Source: Deltaproteobacteria bacterium (lineage in GTDB: Bacteria; Desulfobacterota; Binatia; UBA12015). From it: DNA of 53,940 nucleotides. Positions 53,086 to 53,940 of the stretch are shown one piece after another. The stretch is from NCBI GenBank assembly GCA_046583355.1, contig JAYGCM010000091.1:1-53940 (forward strand). Reading direction: 5' to 3'. Each line of letters starts with the position of its first letter. The stretch's first letter is position 1. Below the pieces are notes generated by a model. That model had not been told where the DNA came from. It saw only the letters and a list, made by a program, of their open reading frames with translations, and made no database searches. Position numbers and translations under genes: made by a program.

Positions 53086-53180
53086 CTCGCGCGGTCCTGG
53101 CGCACCATATCGGTGCTGTCGCCATGGCGGCGCGCCGCAAGGCGGTCGCGCAGGTGACGTGCACGAGTGGCGGCATCGCC
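53082..53180 (-). pseudogene. C-terminal remnant of a vapB-type antitoxin
   Basis: Reads ...ARHLRDRLAARRHGDSTDMVRQDRAR-stop, with the stop overlapping the vapC ATG (ATGA); N-terminus absent. Confidence 0.6.
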
Positions 53181-53348
53181 CCTCTCGCAGAAGCCCGCTT
53201 CACGCTCGCCCGGCAAGGCGCCCAGGCTCAGTTGATCGATCTATCAATTGCGCTGACCACCGACGCGGCCGCAGCCCACCTCCTGACCCGCGACCGCGAC
53301 TTCGAACGCATTGCAGCCGTGCTCCCACTCGAACTCACGATCTTCTAG
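53181..53348 (+). pseudogene. C-terminal remnant of a second PIN-domain toxin
   Basis: LAEARFTLARQG...LIDLSIA.......LLTRDRDFERIA; no N-terminal PIN motif upstream. Confidence 0.7.
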
Positions 53349-53419
53349 CGCCGCCGAGAAACCCCCGAGTTCAGGCCGAGCAGGACCGTCCAGCACGGCG
53401 CGAGCCGGGGGAGGGCGAT

Positions 53420-53818
53420 TCAGCGGGCGATGGTCGGCCGTAGACCGAGGTGCTTGACCATCGGGTCGAAGTCGCGGTTCGTATAGAGCAGGTCGTGGTG
53501 GTGGCGCAGGCAGAAGGTGCCGATGGCGATGTCGATTGTCTTGCGTACGGTGATGCCGCGCCGTCGCAGCCGGCGATGGTTGCGTGCGGCCACTACTGCC
53601 AGTTCCGGAGTGAGCATGGTGGCCTGCGGGAACTGACCGAGTAGAGACCGAGCGCGGCGGAAGGCGGCCTCGGTTGCGAACCCCTGGAGAACCTCGAGCA
53701 GAATGAGGTCCCCGACGAGAATTTCACGTTCGCCGAGAAGCGCATCGAGCGCGTCGGTTTCTATGGACTCGACGCCGTTGAAGTAGTCGATCCAGACGGA
53801 GGAATCAGCAACCGTCAT
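53420..53818 (-). CDS. vapC: PIN-domain ribonuclease toxin VapC
   Basis: VADSSVWIDYF, ILLEVLQG, VRKTIDIAIGTFC, NRDFDP. Confidence 0.9.
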   Translation of the reverse strand: MTVADSSVWIDYFNGVESIETDALDALLGEREILVGDLILLEVLQGFATEAAFRRARSLLGQFPQATMLTPELAVVAARNHRRLRRRGITVRKTIDIAIGTFCLRHHHDLLYTNRDFDPMVKHLGLRPTIAR

Positions 53819-53851
53819 CGCATTTTCGCGGGGAGAGGCGGCCCTGGTGCT

Positions 53852-53940
53852 TCAATCGCGGCGCATCTCGTCGAGGTTGCCTTCCCAGCGCATGCGGCCC
53901 CGCCAGCGTCGAACTTCCTTCTGCGCACCGAGCCGCACGA
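53852..53940 (-). CDS. vapB: VapB antitoxin, 3' end only (partial at window edge)
   Basis: ...VRLGAQKEVRRWRGRMRWEGNLDEMRRD-stop directly upstream of vapC. Confidence 0.8.
   Translation of the reverse strand, partial: VRLGAQKEVRRWRGRMRWEGNLDEMRRD

Overview
This is the replication-origin region of a high-GC bacterium. Gene order and protein style suggest a deltaproteobacterial-type lineage such as Binatia, Desulfobacterota or Myxococcota; this is inference only. Most of the window is housekeeping: glmU, glmS, ribBX, dsbD, gpsA, the rpmH-rnpA-yidD-yidC-mnmE-mnmG-(rsmG)-parA-parB-bactofilin-atpF'FHAGDC run, gyrA-gyrB-dnaN-dnaA with a bipartite oriC (DnaA boxes plus DnaA-trios), and hemL-atpZ-atpI-atpB-atpE. 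Acyl-CoA metabolism genes and vapBC toxin-antitoxin modules and remnants are interspersed. The main non-routine observations are: (1) rsmG is flipped against its operon inside a mirror-symmetric centromere of six parS sites and ~205-bp inverted repeats, each holding a 142-bp element with 21-bp terminal inverted repeats; (2) a stand-alone ClpC/ClpB-D2-type AAA+ ATPase with an MGF ClpP-docking-like loop behind a sigma54-type promoter; (3) an unannotated sigma54-driven two-small-protein operon; (4) a structured RNA leader before the bactofilin-ATP synthase genes; (5) an orphan ParB paralog with an altered DNA-recognition region; (6) the rpmH-atp block lies head-on to the predicted origin. No rRNA, tRNA, CRISPR array, integrase or transposase was seen. 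All calls were made by eye and no database searches were run.
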